NCBI GenBank assembly: GCA_003171255.1
Contig: PMYK01000054.1
Coordinates: forward strand, 53,910 to 117,909
DNA: 64,000 nt
Origin: Chloroflexota bacterium
GTDB lineage: Bacteria; Chloroflexota; Limnocylindria; Limnocylindrales; CSP1-4
Direction: 5' to 3'
The notes under the pieces: generated by a model
The model's input: the letters and a program-made list of their open reading frames with translations, nothing else
The model's database searches: none
Told to the model about the DNA's origin: nothing
Translations under genes and position numbers: made by a program
Shown: positions 62,596 through 64,000 of the stretch, one piece after another
Layout of the letters: each line of letters opens with the position of its first letter
How positions within the stretch are numbered: the first letter of the stretch is position 1

Positions 62596-64000
62596 CTACT
62601 CCTTGTGCGCGGCCTCCTGCGCCTTCTTGTGGGCCTCGATGACCTTGTCGGCGATGTGCTGTGGAACGTCCTCGTAGCGGTCCAGCGTGGCCTTGAACGT
62701 ACCGCGTCCGCCGGTGAGCGAGCGCAACTCGGTGGCATAGCTGAACAGCTCGGCCTGAGGCACGGTGGCGGTGATGACCTGCATCCCGTCCTTGGTGTCC
62801 ATGCCGAGGACGCGCCCGCGGCGACCGTTGAGGTCGCGGTTGACATCGCCCATGTAGGCCTCGGGGATCCGGATCTCGACCGTCATGATCGGTTCCATCA
62901 GTGCGGGCTTGCAGTCGAGCACGCCCTGCTTGAGCGCCATCGAGGCCGCGATCTTGAACGACAGCTCGTTTGAGTCGACGGCATGGAAGGAGCCGTCGTA
63001 GAGGGTCGCCTTGAAGTCGCTGAGCGGGTAGCCGGCAAGCACGCCCTCGGCGGCTGCCTCTCGGACACCCTTCTCAACGCCGGGGAAGAAGTTCTTGGGC
63101 ACGGTGCCGCCGACAACATGCTCGGCAAATTCGACGCCGCCACCATGGTTTGGCTCGATCTCGATCCAGACGTCGCCGAACATGCCGTGGCCGCCGGTCT
63201 GCTTCTTGTAGCGGCCGTGGCTCTGGGTCTTGCCTCGGATCGTCTCCTTGTAGGCAACGCGCGGTGTCTTGGTCACGATTGCCGCGCCGAACTTCCTCTT
63301 CAGGCGCTCGCCCAGCACGGCCACGTGCGCGTCGCCCATCGAAAGGAGGATCTGCTCGCCGGTCTCCGAGCGTTCGACTCGGGCCGATGGCTCCTCTTCG
63401 AGCATTCGCTGCAGAGCTGAGCCCATCTTGTCGAGGTCGGCCTTCGTCTGCGGCTCGATCGCAACCTGCAGAGTTGGGATCGGGAACTCGAGGGGGGGCA
63501 GTGTGTAGGACCGTTCGCGGGCGTGGCAAATGGTGTCGCCGGTTGCGGTGATGGTCAGCTTGGCGACTGCGCCGATCTCGCCGGCATGCAGGGTGCCGAC
63601 GGTCTCCTGCTCCTTGCCGTGCAGCAGCAGCAGCTGGCCCAGTCGTTCGGGCTCGCCGCGGGTCGCATTCCAGGCCGGACCCTGACCCTGCATCGTCCCC
63701 GAGAGAATGCGCAGGTAGGTGAGCCGGCCGACGTACGGGTCCGCCGTCGTCTTGAAGACTCGAGCCATCAGCGGCCCGTCGACGTCCTGGGCGATCTTGA
63801 CTTCCTTGCCCTTGGAATCGGTGGCGACGATCTCGCCCAGCTCAGCAGGGGAGGGGAGGTAGTGGACGATCGCCTCGATGAGAGCGCGAACGCCGATGTC
63901 CTTGGAGGCGCTGCCGACCAGAACGGGCGCCACCAGGCCCGACCGGACTGCCTTGTGGAGGCAAGACTCGAATTCCGCGTCGGTGATCGCCTCACCCTCG
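62596..64000 (-). CDS. Elongation factor G family GTPase, C-terminal ~468 aa (N-terminus outside window)
   Basis: The frame stays open past the track start to nt 64000. Domains II-V (RVFKTTADPYVGRLTYLRILSG, GDAHVAVLGERLKRKFG, MEPIMTVEIRIPEAYMGDV). Not followed by tuf. Confidence 0.85.
   Translation of the reverse strand, partial: EGEAITDAEFESCLHKAVRSGLVAPVLVGSASKDIGVRALIEAIVHYLPSPAELGEIVATDSKGKEVKIAQDVDGPLMARVFKTTADPYVGRLTYLRILSGTMQGQGPAWNATRGEPERLGQLLLLHGKEQETVGTLHAGEIGAVAKLTITATGDTICHARERSYTLPPLEFPIPTLQVAIEPQTKADLDKMGSALQRMLEEEPSARVERSETGEQILLSMGDAHVAVLGERLKRKFGAAIVTKTPRVAYKETIRGKTQSHGRYKKQTGGHGMFGDVWIEIEPNHGGGVEFAEHVVGGTVPKNFFPGVEKGVREAAAEGVLAGYPLSDFKATLYDGSFHAVDSNELSFKIAASMALKQGVLDCKPALMEPIMTVEIRIPEAYMGDVNRDLNGRRGRVLGMDTKDGMQVITATVPQAELFSYATELRSLTGGRGTFKATLDRYEDVPQHIADKVIEAHKKAQEAAHKE

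Noticed and set aside
1-64000. CRISPR arrays, transposases, integrases, prophage or defence modules, toxin-antitoxin pairs, tRNA-flanking att repeats
   Set aside because: I saw no regularly spaced 25-40-nt repeats, no recombinase-like ORFs next to the three tRNAs, and no duplicated tRNA 3' ends downstream. An exhaustive repeat search was not possible by eye, so this is absence of evidence only.

Overview
This is a 64-kb, roughly 67% GC, densely coding bacterial chromosome segment. I support about 60 CDS, three tRNAs with encoded CCA ends (Pro-GGG, Arg-CCU, Val-GAC) and two T-box leader RNAs. The content is overwhelmingly core housekeeping. It includes scpA-scpB-rluB-cmk-plsC-ispH-der, the ancient thrS-infC-rpmI-rplT-pheS-pheT block followed by cvpA-mpg-mutS2, serS and tyrS. 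It also holds a cell-wall cluster (femAB-like, murJ, class A PBP, LCP), nrdR-dcd, moaC, and a complete his operon (hisG-D-C-B-H-F-IE, with hisA divergent). Less ordinary parts: a Fur-family gene divergent from an ECF-type Ni/Co transporter whose M, N-like and Q components are fused into one polypeptide; a multi-GAF diguanylate cyclase; an orphan family-5 solute-binding protein coupled to an MA-clan peptidase; a DUF951-MFS-processive GT2 operon; and a secreted C39-like cysteine peptidase coupled to a lipoprotein. Gene order and T-box use suggest a high-GC monoderm-type lineage, Chloroflexota- or Actinomycetota-like (inference only). I found no CRISPR array, transposase, integrase, prophage or recognisable defence or toxin module. 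I cannot honestly point to a clearly new multi-gene system. The best leads are a TrpR/YerC-like gene translationally coupled to the head of the his operon, with a GTAGCAT/ATGCTAC operator-like palindrome on the hisA start codon; the fused ECF transporter with a His-rich ATPase tail; the two T-box leaders; and several unexplained non-coding repeats and hairpins. Long antisense ORFs in the track are treated as high-GC artefacts. Many track ORFs were trimmed to internal starts supported by RBS, 4-nt start/stop overlaps or family N-termini.
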